A program made the translations under genes and the position numbers. Shown piece by piece: positions 49,747-61,619 of a stretch of DNA of 64,000 nucleotides; within the stretch, counting starts at the first letter, position 1, and each line of letters opens with the position of its first letter. The notes beneath the pieces were generated by a model. That model saw only the letters and a program-made list of their open reading frames with translations, did no database searches and was not told where the DNA came from. This DNA is from Hypanus sabinus (Eukaryota), in contig NC_082712.1 of the NCBI RefSeq assembly GCF_030144855.1, positions 9,672,001 to 9,736,000 of the forward strand, read 5' to 3'.

Positions 49747-51149
49747 CTGTTCAGAGTAAAGACAATCTGGATTTGTTAAGTGTATTAAACACATTTTGAT
49801 GAACAACATCTCATCCCTGTCGATGACCTGAATTCTCCATCTCCTTCCTTCTCTGACCCATCTGTCCCTGACCTCCTGCACTGTTCTATCGAAGCCCATT
49901 ATAATCTCGGGAAACAGCACCTCCCCCATGTGTGGACAAGATGGAGTGGTCGTGAATACAACCATCTCAGCTAATTTTTTCTCTTGGTTTCTATCAACAC
50001 TGGCCACTCCTGCTCTATTGGTTCAGTCGTACACTGCCTGTTCTACTGGGTAACTCGTGGAGCTCTGGGTGGCATCTTGCAGCTCCAACATCTGCCACTT
50101 TTTGTGCTCTCCCTCCAGCTTTCTCCCTTCATTCACCAACCAGAGATCTCATCAAAAACCTTCTCACCATGGCCACGCTGTACTCACCCTCACAGACATA
50201 TTCCCTCTGTCCTATCCAATCCTCTCCAGGATGGGAAAATAGGGAGCAAAGAAACTCCTTGCTCCAAAGGGAAGGATGAGGGGCATTAGAGGCAAGGAAA
50301 CTCCTTGTTCTGCCCAGGAGGAGAGGGAGTGAGGAAAGAGAGCCGTTGTACAGCTGAATAGTACTACATCCTGACTTGCCAATGGCCTTTGAGTGTTATG
50401 GACAAACAATATAACTTGTCTGTAAATATTCAATTTTTTAAAAACCAGTCATTCTGTATACATCGTGAATATCTGTTTTGGACTGACTGGAGTAGCACCA
50501 CAATCTCGTCGTCTTTGAGCAACAATACAGTTCTATTGTATTCTATTCTGGAATAGCACACACAAAATCCAAGGGAACTCAGCAGGTCAGGCTGCATCTA
50601 TTGAAAAAAAAATAAATGGTCAAGGTTTTGAGCCAAGATCCTTCATCAGGACTAGAAAGGAGGGAGGAAGTATGCAGAATAAGAAGGCGGGTTTGGGAAG
50701 GAGTAAAGTCAGCTGGAGATAGATGAGACCAGATGGAAGGGTAAATTAGGATGGTGAGAAGCTGGGAGGAGGCAGATGTAAAAGGTAAAGGGCTGAAAAT
50801 GGAATATAATAGGAGAGGAGACTGCACCATGGGAGACAGGGAAGAATGAGGGGCAGAATGCATTACCTCATGCTTATCAAATTCTTCAGTCACTGCTCTA
50901 CTAAATCTTCCAACTCATCTGTGTTCCTTCCACGGTATCCCTCTCTACATACTGCTCCACTAGCTAAGTATTATCAGTAAATTTCTTGATCAGTAACTTC
51001 CCTCAGCCATTTCACTCTGTCTCCTACAAAGCGAAGTTTGGATCCAGTTTGCCACACACAATGGCGTAGCGGTAAGTGTAACGCTGTTAATGCCAGAGCC
51101 CTGGGTTCAGTTCCACCGCTGTCTGTGAGGAGTTTGTATGTTAAGACAA

Positions 51150-53530
51150 TACGTCCATAAGATATAAGAGCAGAAGTAGGCCATTCGGCCCTTCAAGTCT
51201 GCTCTACCATTCAATCATGGGTTGATCCAATTCTTCCAGTCATTCCCACTCGCCTGCCTCCTCCCCATACCCTTTTTGATGCCCTGGCTAATCAAGAACC
51301 TATCTAGCTCTGCCTTAAATGCACCCAATGACTTGGCCTCCACAGTCACTTGTGGCAATAAATTCCACAGATTTACCACTCTCTAACTAAAGTAATTTCT
51401 CAGCATCTTTGCTCTAAATGGTTGTCGTTCAATCCTGAAGTCATGCCCTCTTGGCCTGGACTCCCCTACCATGGGAAATAACTTTGCCATATCTAATCTG
51501 CTCTGGCCTTTTAACATTCGGAATGTTTCTGTGAGATCCCCCCTCATTCTCCTGAACTCCATGGAATACAGCCCAAGAGCTGCCAGACGTTCCTCATATG
51601 TTAACCCTTGCATTCGTGGTATAATTCTCATGAATCTTCTCTAAACCCTCTCCAATGTCAGTATATCCTTTATAAAATAAGAGCGCAAAACTGTACACAA
51701 TTCTCCAAGTGTGGTCTCAGGAGGGCCTTATAGAGCCTCAACATCATATCTCTGCTCTTATATTCTATAACTCCAGGAATGAATGCCAACATTGCATTCG
51801 CCTTCTTCACCTCCAACTCAACCTGGAAGTTAACTTTTAGAGTATCCTGCCCAAGGACTCCCAAGTCACTTTGCATCTCTGCACTTTGAATTTTCTCCCC
51901 ATCTAAATAATAGTCTGCCCGTTTATTTCTTCCACCAAAGTGCATGACCACACACTTTCCAACATTGTATTTCATTTGCCATTTCTTTGTCCATTTCCCA
52001 AACTACCTCAGTCTCTCTGCAGGCTCTCTGTTTCCTCGGCAGTACCTGCTCCTCCACCTATCTTTGTATCATTGGCAGTTTAGCCATAAATCCGTTATTA
52101 CTGTAGTCCAAACAATTGACATTCCTACACTGACCCTTGTGAAGCCCCGCAGGTAACTGGCAGCCTAGCAGAATAAGATCCCTTTATTCCCACTCCCTGT
52201 TTTCTGCCGATCAGCCACTGCTCCACCCATGCTAGTGACTCCCCTGTAATTCCATGGGATCTTATCTTGCTAAGCAGCCTCATGTGTGGCACCTTGTCAA
52301 AGGCCTTCTGAAAATCCAAGTACACCACACCTACTGCATCTCATTTGTCTACCCTGCTTGTAATTTCCTCTAAAACTTGCAGTAGTTTAATCAGACAGGA
52401 TTTTCCTTTCAGAAAACTTTGGCCTATCTTGTCATGTGCCTCCAGGTACTCTGTAATCTCATCCCTAACAATCAGTTCCAACAACTTCCCAACCACTGAT
52501 GCCAGGATAACAGGTCTATAGTTTCCTTTCTGCTGTCTCCCACCCTTCTTAAATAACAGAGTAACATTTGCAATTTCCCAGTCATCTGGTACAATGCCAG
52601 AATCTATCGATTCTTGCAAGATCATTGTTAATGCCTCTGCAATCTCTCCAGCTACTTCCTTCAGAGCCCAAGGATACATTCCATCAGGTCAAGAGATTTA
52701 TTCACCCTCAGACCATTAAGCTTCCTGAGCACCTTCTCAGTCATAATTTTCACTGCACAAACTTCACTTCCCTGACACTTTTGAATGTCCGGTATACTGC
52801 AGATGTCTTCCACTGTGAAGACTGATGTTAAATATGCATTCAGTTCCTCTACCATCGCTGCATCTTTCATTACGATATCTCCAGTGTCATTTTCTATTGA
52901 TCCTATATCTAGCCTCGACTCTCTTTTACCCTTTATATACTTAAAAAGCTTTAGTATTCTCTTTGATATTAGTCACTAGCTTCCTCTAATAATTCATCTT
53001 TTCCTTTCGAATGACCTTCTTAGTTTCTTTCTGCAAGTTTTCATAAGCTTCTCAATCCTCTATCTTCCCACTGGCTTTGGCGTCTTTTGCTTTTACTTTG
53101 GGTCTGACTTTACTTGTCAGCCATGGTAATGTCCTTCTTCCATTCAAAAATTTCTCCTTATTTGGAATTTACCTGTCTGGCACTTCCCTCATTTTTCACA
53201 GAAACTCCAGCCTTTGCTGCTCTGCTGTCCTTCCTGCTAGGGTCCCTTTCCAATCAACCTTGGCCAGTTCCCCTGTCAAGCCACTGTAATTTCCTTTATT
53301 CCACCGAAATACTGACATGTTGAAATTTAGTTTCTCCTTCTCAAAATTCAAAATGAACTCGATCATATTGTGATTGCTGTTCCCTAAGGGTTTCTTAACC
53401 TTAAGCTCCGGATCAGTGCACAACAGCTAATCCAGCATAGCCGATCCCCTAATGGGCTCACCAACAAGCTGTTCTAAAAAGTCATTCCCTTAGACATTCA
53501 ACAAAATCTCTCTCTTCAGGTCCAGTACTG
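51150..53530 (-). mobile_element. CR1 ORF2 long fragment
   Basis: Successive RT ORF pieces 53196..53423, 52341..52679, 52125..52328, 51670..51975, 51383..51631. Confidence 0.9.
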
Positions 53531-55455
53531 ACTCTTTCAACCTTATTAATATCCTTCCTGTAATTCAGTGACCAAAACTGCACACAATACTCCAAGTTCA
53601 GCGTCACCAATGCCTTATACAACCTCACCATAACATTCCAACTCTTATACTCAATACTTGATTTATAAAGGCCAATGTACCAAAAGCTCTCTTTACAACC
53701 TTATCTATCTGTGATGCCACTTTTAGGGAATTTTGTATCTGTATTCCTAGATCCCTCTGTTCTACTGCACTCCTTAGTGCCCTACCGTTTACCTTGTATG
53801 TTCTACCGTGGTTTTTCCTTCCAAAGTGCAATACCTCACACTAGTCTGTATTAAACTCCATTTGCCATTTTTCAGCCCATTTTTCCAGCTGGTCCAGATC
53901 CCTCTGCAAGCTTTGAAAACCTTCCTCACCGTCCACTACACCTCCAATCTTTGTATCATCAGCAAATTTGCTGATCCAATTTGCCACATTATCATCCAGA
54001 TCATTGATATAGATGACAAATAACAATGGACCCAGCACTGATCGCTGTGGCACACCACTAGTCACAGGCCTCCACTCAGAGTAGGAATCCTCCACTACCA
54101 CTCTCTGACTTCTCCCATTGAGACAATGTCTAATCCAATTTACTACCTCACCATGTATCCCTAGCGACTGAATCTTCCTAACTAACCTCCCATATGGGAC
54201 CTTGTCAAAGGCCTTACTAAGGTCCATGTAGACAATGTTCACAGCCTTCCCTTCATCCACTTTCCTTGTAACCTCCTCAAAAAACTCTAATAGATTTGTT
54301 AAACATGACCTACCATGCACAAAGCTAAGTTGACTCTCCCTAATAAGTCCCTGTCTGTCCAAATACTTGTAGATCCTATCTCTTAGTACTCCCTCCAATA
54401 ATTTACCTACTACCGATGTCAAAATTACCAGCCTAAAATTTCCTGGATTACTTTTAGAGCCTTTCTTAAATAACGGAATAACATGAGCTATCCTCCAATC
54501 CTCCGGCACCTCACCCGTAGATACCAACATTTTGAATATATCTGCCAGGGCCCCTGCAATTTCAAAATTAGTCTCCTTCATGGTTTGAGGGAATAGCCTA
54601 TCAGGTCTTGAGGATTTATCTACTTTCATTTTCCTCAAGATAGCAAGCACCTCCTCCTCCTCAATCTGTATAGGTTCCATGACCTCACTACTTGCTTGCC
54701 TTATTTCCATTGACTCCATGCCAGTTTGCTTAGTAAATACAGATGCAAAAAAAGCACTTAAGATCTCCCCGATTTCTTTTGATTCCATACATAGCTGACC
54801 ACTCTGATCTTCAAGAGGATCAATTTTATCCCTTACTATCCTTTTGCTCTTAGTATACCTGTGGAAGCTCTTTGGATTATCCTTCTCCTTGACTGCCAAA
54901 GCTACCTTTTTTAGCCCTCCTGATTTCTTTCTTAAGTATTTTTTGCACCTTTTATACTCCTCAAATACCTTATTTGCTCCGTTTCCTATACATGTCATAC
55001 ATCTCACTCTTCTTCTTTATCAGAGTTCCAATATCCCTGGAGAACCAAGGTTCCTTATTCTTATTCACTTTGCCTTTAATCCTGACAGGAACATACAAAC
55101 TCTGCACTCTCAAAATTTCTCCTTTGAAAGCCTCCCACTTACCAATGACATCCTTGCCAGAGAACAACCTGTCCCAATCTACGCTTTTTAGATCCTTTCT
55201 CATTTCTTCAAATTTGGCCTTTTTCCAGTTTAGAACTTCAACCCGCGGACCAGATCTATCTTTATCCGTGATCAAGTTGAAACTAATAGTGTTGTGATCA
55301 CTGGAACCAAAGTGTTCCCCTACACACACTTCTGTCACCTGTCCTAACTCGTTTCCTAATAAGAGATCTAATATTGCATCCTCTCTCATTGGTACCTCTA
55401 TATATTGATTATGAAAACTTTTCTGGACACATTTTACAAACTCTAATCCATTTAG
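53530..55455 (-). mobile_element. Second CR1 ORF2 fragment (EN-RT linker + RT)
   Basis: ORFs 54970..55500 and 53841..55007 with GVPQRSVLGP and KFADDTK. Confidence 0.92.
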
Positions 55456-55680
55456 ACCAGTGGTTCCCAACCTTTTTTTGGCCATGCCCCACCTAATCAC
55501 CTCTAAAATCCTGATGCCCCCTGTGGTGATATATAATTCTTATTATTCAAAAAGTGAACTCCTATTCACCTAGAGGAAGTCTAAAAGACCATTAACTTGG
55601 TTTAAACAAGCTTCCAAAGAACATGACATTCATGAAAGAGAAAAATAAAAGAACCAAAGGACTGTTAAAGTTCTGACGAA
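55455..55680 (+). mobile_element. hAT-like MITE end (CAGTGGTTCCCAAC)
   Basis: Charlie-type TIR start; similar ends near 30705 and 28905..28990. Confidence 0.45.
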
Positions 55681-57560
55681 GAGGGTAAGAATAGGATGCT
55701 CTGGAGAATGAACAGGTGGCTGAGAAACTGGTGTAGGGGGCAGGGTTTCAAATTTCTAGATCATTCGGACCTATTCTGGGGCAGGTGGGACCTGTACAAG
55801 AGAGACAGGTTACTCCTGAACTACAGGAGGACCAATATCCTTGCAGGGAGATTTGTTAGTTCTATTGGGGGTGTGGTTTAAACTAGATTTGCAGGGGGAT
55901 GGGAACAGAGTGCCAGAGTACATAGTGGAGCTGGGGTGAAAATAAATGATGTTACAGTTTGATGTGAAGTCACAAATAGAAGGGTTGTTTGTGGTGGTAA
56001 TAATCTTCTGAGGTGTGAGGTGACATGCAAAAGTTTGGGCACACCTCCAGGTCACACTTCCAGGTCTCAACTTGACCTCCACCGTTCCTGTTAACTGCCA
56101 TTTTTTAATTACATTATGAACTGAGGAAACGGCTACCTGAAAATGCTTTGCTATCTTCTTATAGCCTTGTCCTACTTTGTGGGCATCATTTATTTTAATT
56201 TTCAGAGTGCTACGCAGCTACTTAGAGGAGCCCATGGCTGCTGATTGTTGTGACAAGGTTTGCGGAGTCAGGGTATTTATAAAGCTTTGAAATTTGCATC
56301 ACCTGGCCTTTCTTAATGATGACTGTGACCAAGCCATAGCCCTAACAAGCTAATTAAGGTCCGAGACCTTGGGAAAAGTTATCTGAGAGCTCAGATCTCT
56401 TGGGATGCCCAAACTTTTGCATGGCGCTCCTTTCCTTTTGTTCACTCTAAAATAGTACAAAACAAAAGTAATACATTGATCTTGCTTGAAATGTTGAAAA
56501 GAATGTTTCATCTTAACTTTATGACTTTTGGAGATGAGTTCATCTTCTAAACACTTAAATATTCACTGTAACAGAAATCTTGACGGGGGTGCCCAAACTT
56601 TTGCATGCCACTGTATTATTTCTTATTCCATCCCCTCTGCCTACTAACCTATCTTTCTGATACACCGTATATCCTTGGACGTTCAGCTCCCAAAGGCAGC
56701 CATCCTTTAGTCAAGTTTCAGAGATGGCCACAACATCATATTTGCCAATCTGTAGCTGAATTTCAAGATTGTCCATTTTATTTCTTATGCTGTGTGCATT
56801 CAAATATAACACTTACAGTTCAATATTTGTTGCTTTCTTTTTCAACTGCACCACTCCTCTTTTGCCCTGTAACTGGCTGTGATTATGCCTCATCTGCTGC
56901 TTGTCCTTTCTATCATCTTGTTGCATCTTTGATTTATTTATTTCTGTTTTCCCCTTCCTCAATCTTATCTTTCTGGTTCCCATCCCCCTGCCAAATTAGT
57001 TTAAATCCTCCCAGACAGCTCTATTAAACCTGCCTGCTAGGATATTGGACCCCTTTAGGTTCAGGTGTAACCCGTCCATTTTGTACAGGTCTTACCTCCC
57101 CCAGAAGAGGCCCCAATGATCCAGGAACCCAAAGCCCTGCCTCCTACACTGGTCTCTTAGCCAGCCGTTAATACACTTGATTATGCTATGCTTGTACTCG
57201 TTAGCACGTGGCACAGGCAGCAATCCTGAGATTACGATCCTGGAGGTCCTGCTTTTCAGCTTCCTACCCAACTCCCTGAATTCTCCTTCAGGATCTCCTT
57301 TTCTACCTGTGTCTAGGTGACTAGGTGAGAGTAAGTGTTCGGCAAGGACTAGAAGGGCTGAGGTGGCCTGTTTCCATGCTGTAATTGTTATATGGTTATA
57401 TATTGTATGGTTATGTCATTGGTACCACCCTCTCCCTTCAGAATACTCTGCACCTGATCCGAGACATCCCATACCATGGCACCTGGGAGGCAACACACCA
57501 TGCGGGTATCTCTATAAGGCTGACAGAATCTCCTGCCTGTTCCCTCTCACTATTGAATAC
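55680..57560. mobile_element. CR1 ORF1 esterase fragments (plus 55680..56030; minus about 56900..57560) with a Tc1-like end between
   Basis: NRWLRNWCRGQGFKFLDH; gcccaaacttttgca...cactgta. Confidence 0.65.
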
Positions 57561-58065
57561 CCTGTTCCGAGCGTAACTCTAAATACAATAAATAAGTGAC
57601 ATTTTCTCCTTCCTTATAGAGACATGTTCCAAAGGCTCAGTGTACTCTTCCCCTAACTCTCCACACTCCACATCCTTCTCTCTGGTGGAAACCAATAAGA
57701 AGTATTTATTTACATAAAACCCAGCTCATTCTCGACAGGTTTCCCTTTCAGTCCCTGAAGGAATCTTCTAATTTCTTATCCACTCTCTCACTTCCAATAA
57801 ATGAGTCAATACTTTTGGGATGTCTATTATACTGTTTGCCAACGTATCAAACCTTATTTTACTCCCTATTTCTTTCTGAAGATCTCTTTGGTAGATGTGA
57901 GTGCATTCCAATATGCTATTGTCCTCTGATGTACCCGAGCAGACTCAGGAATGGACAGCAACAACCAGCCCTGCTCGTGACAACCAGATCTCAGGAGGGA
58001 CAGAGGACACATTGCTCTCAGCAATGTGTTTATTTCAACAGATTTCAGATGCAATTGCTCCTCAC

Positions 58066-58446
58066 CTGTTACTTTGATGGTTCTATTAGCATCTGCATAT
58101 TTTTCTTGTGGTTCTTCAGTGAAATATTCTTGACAATTGAATGCTTTCCCGTCCTCTTTCTTCAGTTCTTTGACCATTATTGAAGCGTCATTCTCCCGTG
58201 GGTTCCCCAGAGGCTGGAAGCGATCTCTTTTGTTGTTCTCAATGTGATTTTTAAATTCTTGTCCTGATAGATAATTGGTGTAATTTAAAAGTGTGTCACC
58301 TCCCTTCTTGTACTTCCAGACGATGCTGATGTTCTTATTGTATTCATCGTGAGGGAGAGTGAAAAAACAGAACAGAACCAAGGAATTCCCTTCTCTCCCT
58401 ACCACCACGTCTGGGGTCTCCTTGGTCCATCTATTATTATCAGCAG
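58066..58446 (-). CDS. Siglec-15-like Ig V-set exon V1
   Basis: 381 nt, phase 1-1; RWTKETP...LVLFCFFTLPHDEYNKNISIVW...DRFQPLGNPRENDASIMVKEL resembles Siglec-15 RWSMQVP...VLPCTFTHPHRHYDGPLTAIW...GRFRLLGNPRRNDLSLRVERL; acceptor ctctgtcttcacag, donor GTGAGG. Confidence 0.88.
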
Positions 58447-58659
58447 CTGTGAAGACAGAGGTGTGGTGTTAATGCTGAGCTGAGGCCACAGACACTACAG
58501 GAGTCATGCCCTAAGACCATAAGACCCAGGAGCAGAATTAGACCATTTGTCCCATTGACTCTGCCCCACCATTCCATCATGGGTGAATCGTGTGCCCACC
58601 CTGTGTCTCTGCCCTGTTGAAAGGGGACTGAACTATGACAGTGTTGTGTTGCGTCATAC

Positions 58660-58736
58660 TGAACAGATGGTAAATGCAGAGAAATAAAATGAGAGAGATT
58701 GCGGCACCCAAGGAGGTTCTTCTTGACCGGAGCCAT
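58660..58736 (-). CDS. Candidate leader (signal peptide) exon, 1 nt out of phase
   Basis: accATGg Kozak; hydrophobic LGAAISLILFLCIYHLF lies in the +1 frame ending at phase-1 donor GTATGA, 213 nt above V1. Confidence 0.5.
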
Positions 58737-59329
58737 GGTTCTCACAGCTCTAAGCTGAGGAGAAAGAGAAACATCGCATTTACATCACTTTCTTCAACGC
58801 TCCATCCAATGAATTACCTGACAGTAAGACATGGCTACGCACAGTGGACCAGCTGTTAGACGTAAACCCACAAAATGCCAGAGGACCTCAGCAGGTCAGG
58901 CAGCATCTATGGAAATGAATAAGCTTAGTTGATGCTTCAGGCTGAGACTTAACATCAGGACTGGTAGAGCTGCTGTCTGAGAGCTCCAGGGACATGGGTT
59001 GCCCCGACAACTGGTGCTGTCCATTTACTTTACATGCTCTCTCTGTGACCACATGGGTTTCTCCTACACAGGCCCTCCACACAAATCCAGAAGGAGACGG
59101 TTGTTAATTAACTGGCCACTGTAAACTGCGTGTTTGTAGGTGAGAAATGGAAACTGGGAGAATTGTGGGGAATGTGAGGAAAATGAATCGTGATCAATAA
59201 AGAATTAATGTCAGTGGGTTCATACTTTTTTGGCATGAACTTGATGGGTGAGGAGTAAGTTTCCCAGTGAAGGGGAGCAGAGATTATTTAAGAAAGGGAG
59301 TAGAGATTATTCGAGGAGGGGTGTAGAGA

Positions 59330-60480
59330 TAGACCAGGAAATTATACACCAGTGAGTCTTACTTCAGTGGTTGTTAAGTTGATGGAAAAGATCCTGAGAG
59401 GCAGGACTTATGAACATTTGGAGAGGCAAAATATGATTAGGAATAATCTACATGGCTTTGCCAAAGGCAACTTGTATCTTACAAGCCTGATTGAATTTTT
59501 TGAGGATGTGACTAAACACATTGATGAAGGTAGAGCTGTAAATGTAGTGTATATGGATTTCAGAAAGGCATTTGATAAGGTACCCCTTGCAAGGCTTATT
59601 AAGAAAGTAAGAAGGCATGGGATCCAAGGGCACCTTGCTTTGTGGATCCAGAACTGGCTTGCCCACAGAAGGCAAAGTGTGGTTGTAGATGGGTCATATT
59701 CTGCATGGATATCGGTGACCAGTGGTGTGCCTCAGGGATCTGTTCTGGGACCCCTTCTGTTGCGATTTTTATAAATGACCTGGAGGAGGAAGTGGGGGGA
59801 ATGGGTTAGTAAATTTGCTGATGACATTAAGGTTGGAGGTGTTGTCGATAGTGTGGAGGGCTGTCAGAGGTTACAGCGGGACATCGATGGGATGCAAAAT
59901 TGGGCTGAGAAGTGGTAGATAGAGTTAAGCTCAGATAAGTGTGAGGTGGTTCATTTTGTTAGGTCAAATACAATGACAGATTATAGTATTAATGGTAGGA
60001 CTCTTGGCAGTGTGGAGGATCAGAGGGATCTTGGGGTCCGAATCCATAGGACGCTCAAAGCTGCTGCAGAGGTTGACTCTGTGGTTAGGAATGCATCCGG
60101 TTCATTGGCCTTCACCAACGTGACATTGTGTTTAAGATCAAGAGGTAATGTTACAGCTAAATAGGACCCTGGTCAGATCCCACTTGGAGTACTGTGCTCA
60201 GCTCTGGTTGCCTCACTACAGGAAGGATGTGGAAACCATAGAAAGGGTGCAGAGGAGATTTACAAGGATGTTGCCTGGATTGGGGAGCATGCCTTATGAC
60301 AAGAGGTTGAGTAAACTTGGCCTTTTCTGCTTGGAGCGACAGAGAATGAGAGGTGACCTGATAGAGGTGAATAAGATGATGAGAGGCATTGATCGTGTGG
60401 ATAGTCAAAGGCTTGTTCCAGGGCTGAAATGGCTATCATGAGAGGACACAGGTTTAAGGTGCTTGGAAGGTCCTGTATTG
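59330..60480 (+). mobile_element. CR1 RT 3' fragment
   Basis: LTSLIEFFEDVT, GVPQGSVLGP, RSHLEYCAQLW. Confidence 0.9.
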
Positions 60481-61619
60481 AGCTGCAGTTTTTCTATGTT
60501 TCTACAGTGTGACAAGAGACTGTGGTGAGGATGGCTTGGATCCAAGTGCTGGAGTTGCTGAGACTAGAATTGACACACGACATGGGACTGAGACAAGGAC
60601 AGGGTTCTAAGTGAGATGCCAGATAAGAATCCAAAGTTGAACTGCTGATTGAGCACTGAAGCTCAATTCAAGTGCTCTTTAAATATTAAAATCCTGGCAC
60701 CAATACGCAGCCACCAATTAGCGGGGCAGCCCTGAGTCTTTAAAGGGGCCATGCAAGCTAGCGTCAGAGAGTCGGAGCGTCTACTCTCCAAAAACAAGCA
60801 TGGTCAATTGTGTACCGTAACAGACGTGACTCCATGACTCTCGGGTATGGGCTGGGAGGTAAATCCATCATCAGTTTCCACTCTTTGGAATGTCTAAAAA
60901 TTTACATTCCCATAAGTTGTTGGGTGTATTTAAGGCAGAGATAAATAGGTTCTTGATTAACTGGGGCATCAAAGGGTATGGGGTTAAGGCAGGGCAATGG
61001 GAATGACTGGATGAAGTGGATCAGCCCATAATTGAATGGTGGAGGAGACTCAATGGGCTGAATGGCCTACTTCTGCTCCTGAACCTTATGGTCTTATGGT
61101 CTTAAGATTGGATTATTAGTGTTTATGTTGAGTCTGCCAAAATCTCAGAAGACCATATGTCAGAATTAGGCCTTTCCACCCATTGAGTCTGCTCCATCAT
61201 AAAGATCTTTATAGCTCTTGAGGGTTCCTTGCACTGTTACTGTTCTAATTGTAGGGGCAGTGAATCAGTTCTGGGGCAGGAGAACCCCTTGAAAAATGAG
61301 CAAGTATCAGGGAGAGGGTCACTGATGTGGTGAGAGAGAGGCTGAACTAAATGGCAGGTGACAACAGAAAGACAACTAAGATGAATAAAGAATTGGGAGC
61401 GGCAGATGGAACTGGAGAAGCAAGTGTAGACACAAGGTTCTTGAGCGAGACCGGTGAGTCAAAGACAGAAACAGCTGTGTAAAAACAAGATGTAACAAAG
61501 ACTACTGGTGTCTTTTACAGTAATGGTGGGGCTGGGCTCTCGATATTCCTGGCTAAAAGATGTTCAGAAAGGAGAGAAGGAGAACAGACTGAACGGCAAT
61601 ACTGATTGAGTAAGATGCC

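Noticed and set aside
46614-58446. Assignment to MDIR/CD300/TREM or NITR families
   Set aside because: GNPRxND and RW motifs in V1 and the C2+TM exon fit Siglec-15 better and the CD300-type extra Cys pair is not evident; not formally excluded without a search
23426-58736. Calling the gene SIGLEC15 itself
   Set aside because: Three V domains, no essential Arg, no TM Lys and a long multi-Tyr tail do not fit the conserved ortholog; orthology needs phylogeny and synteny
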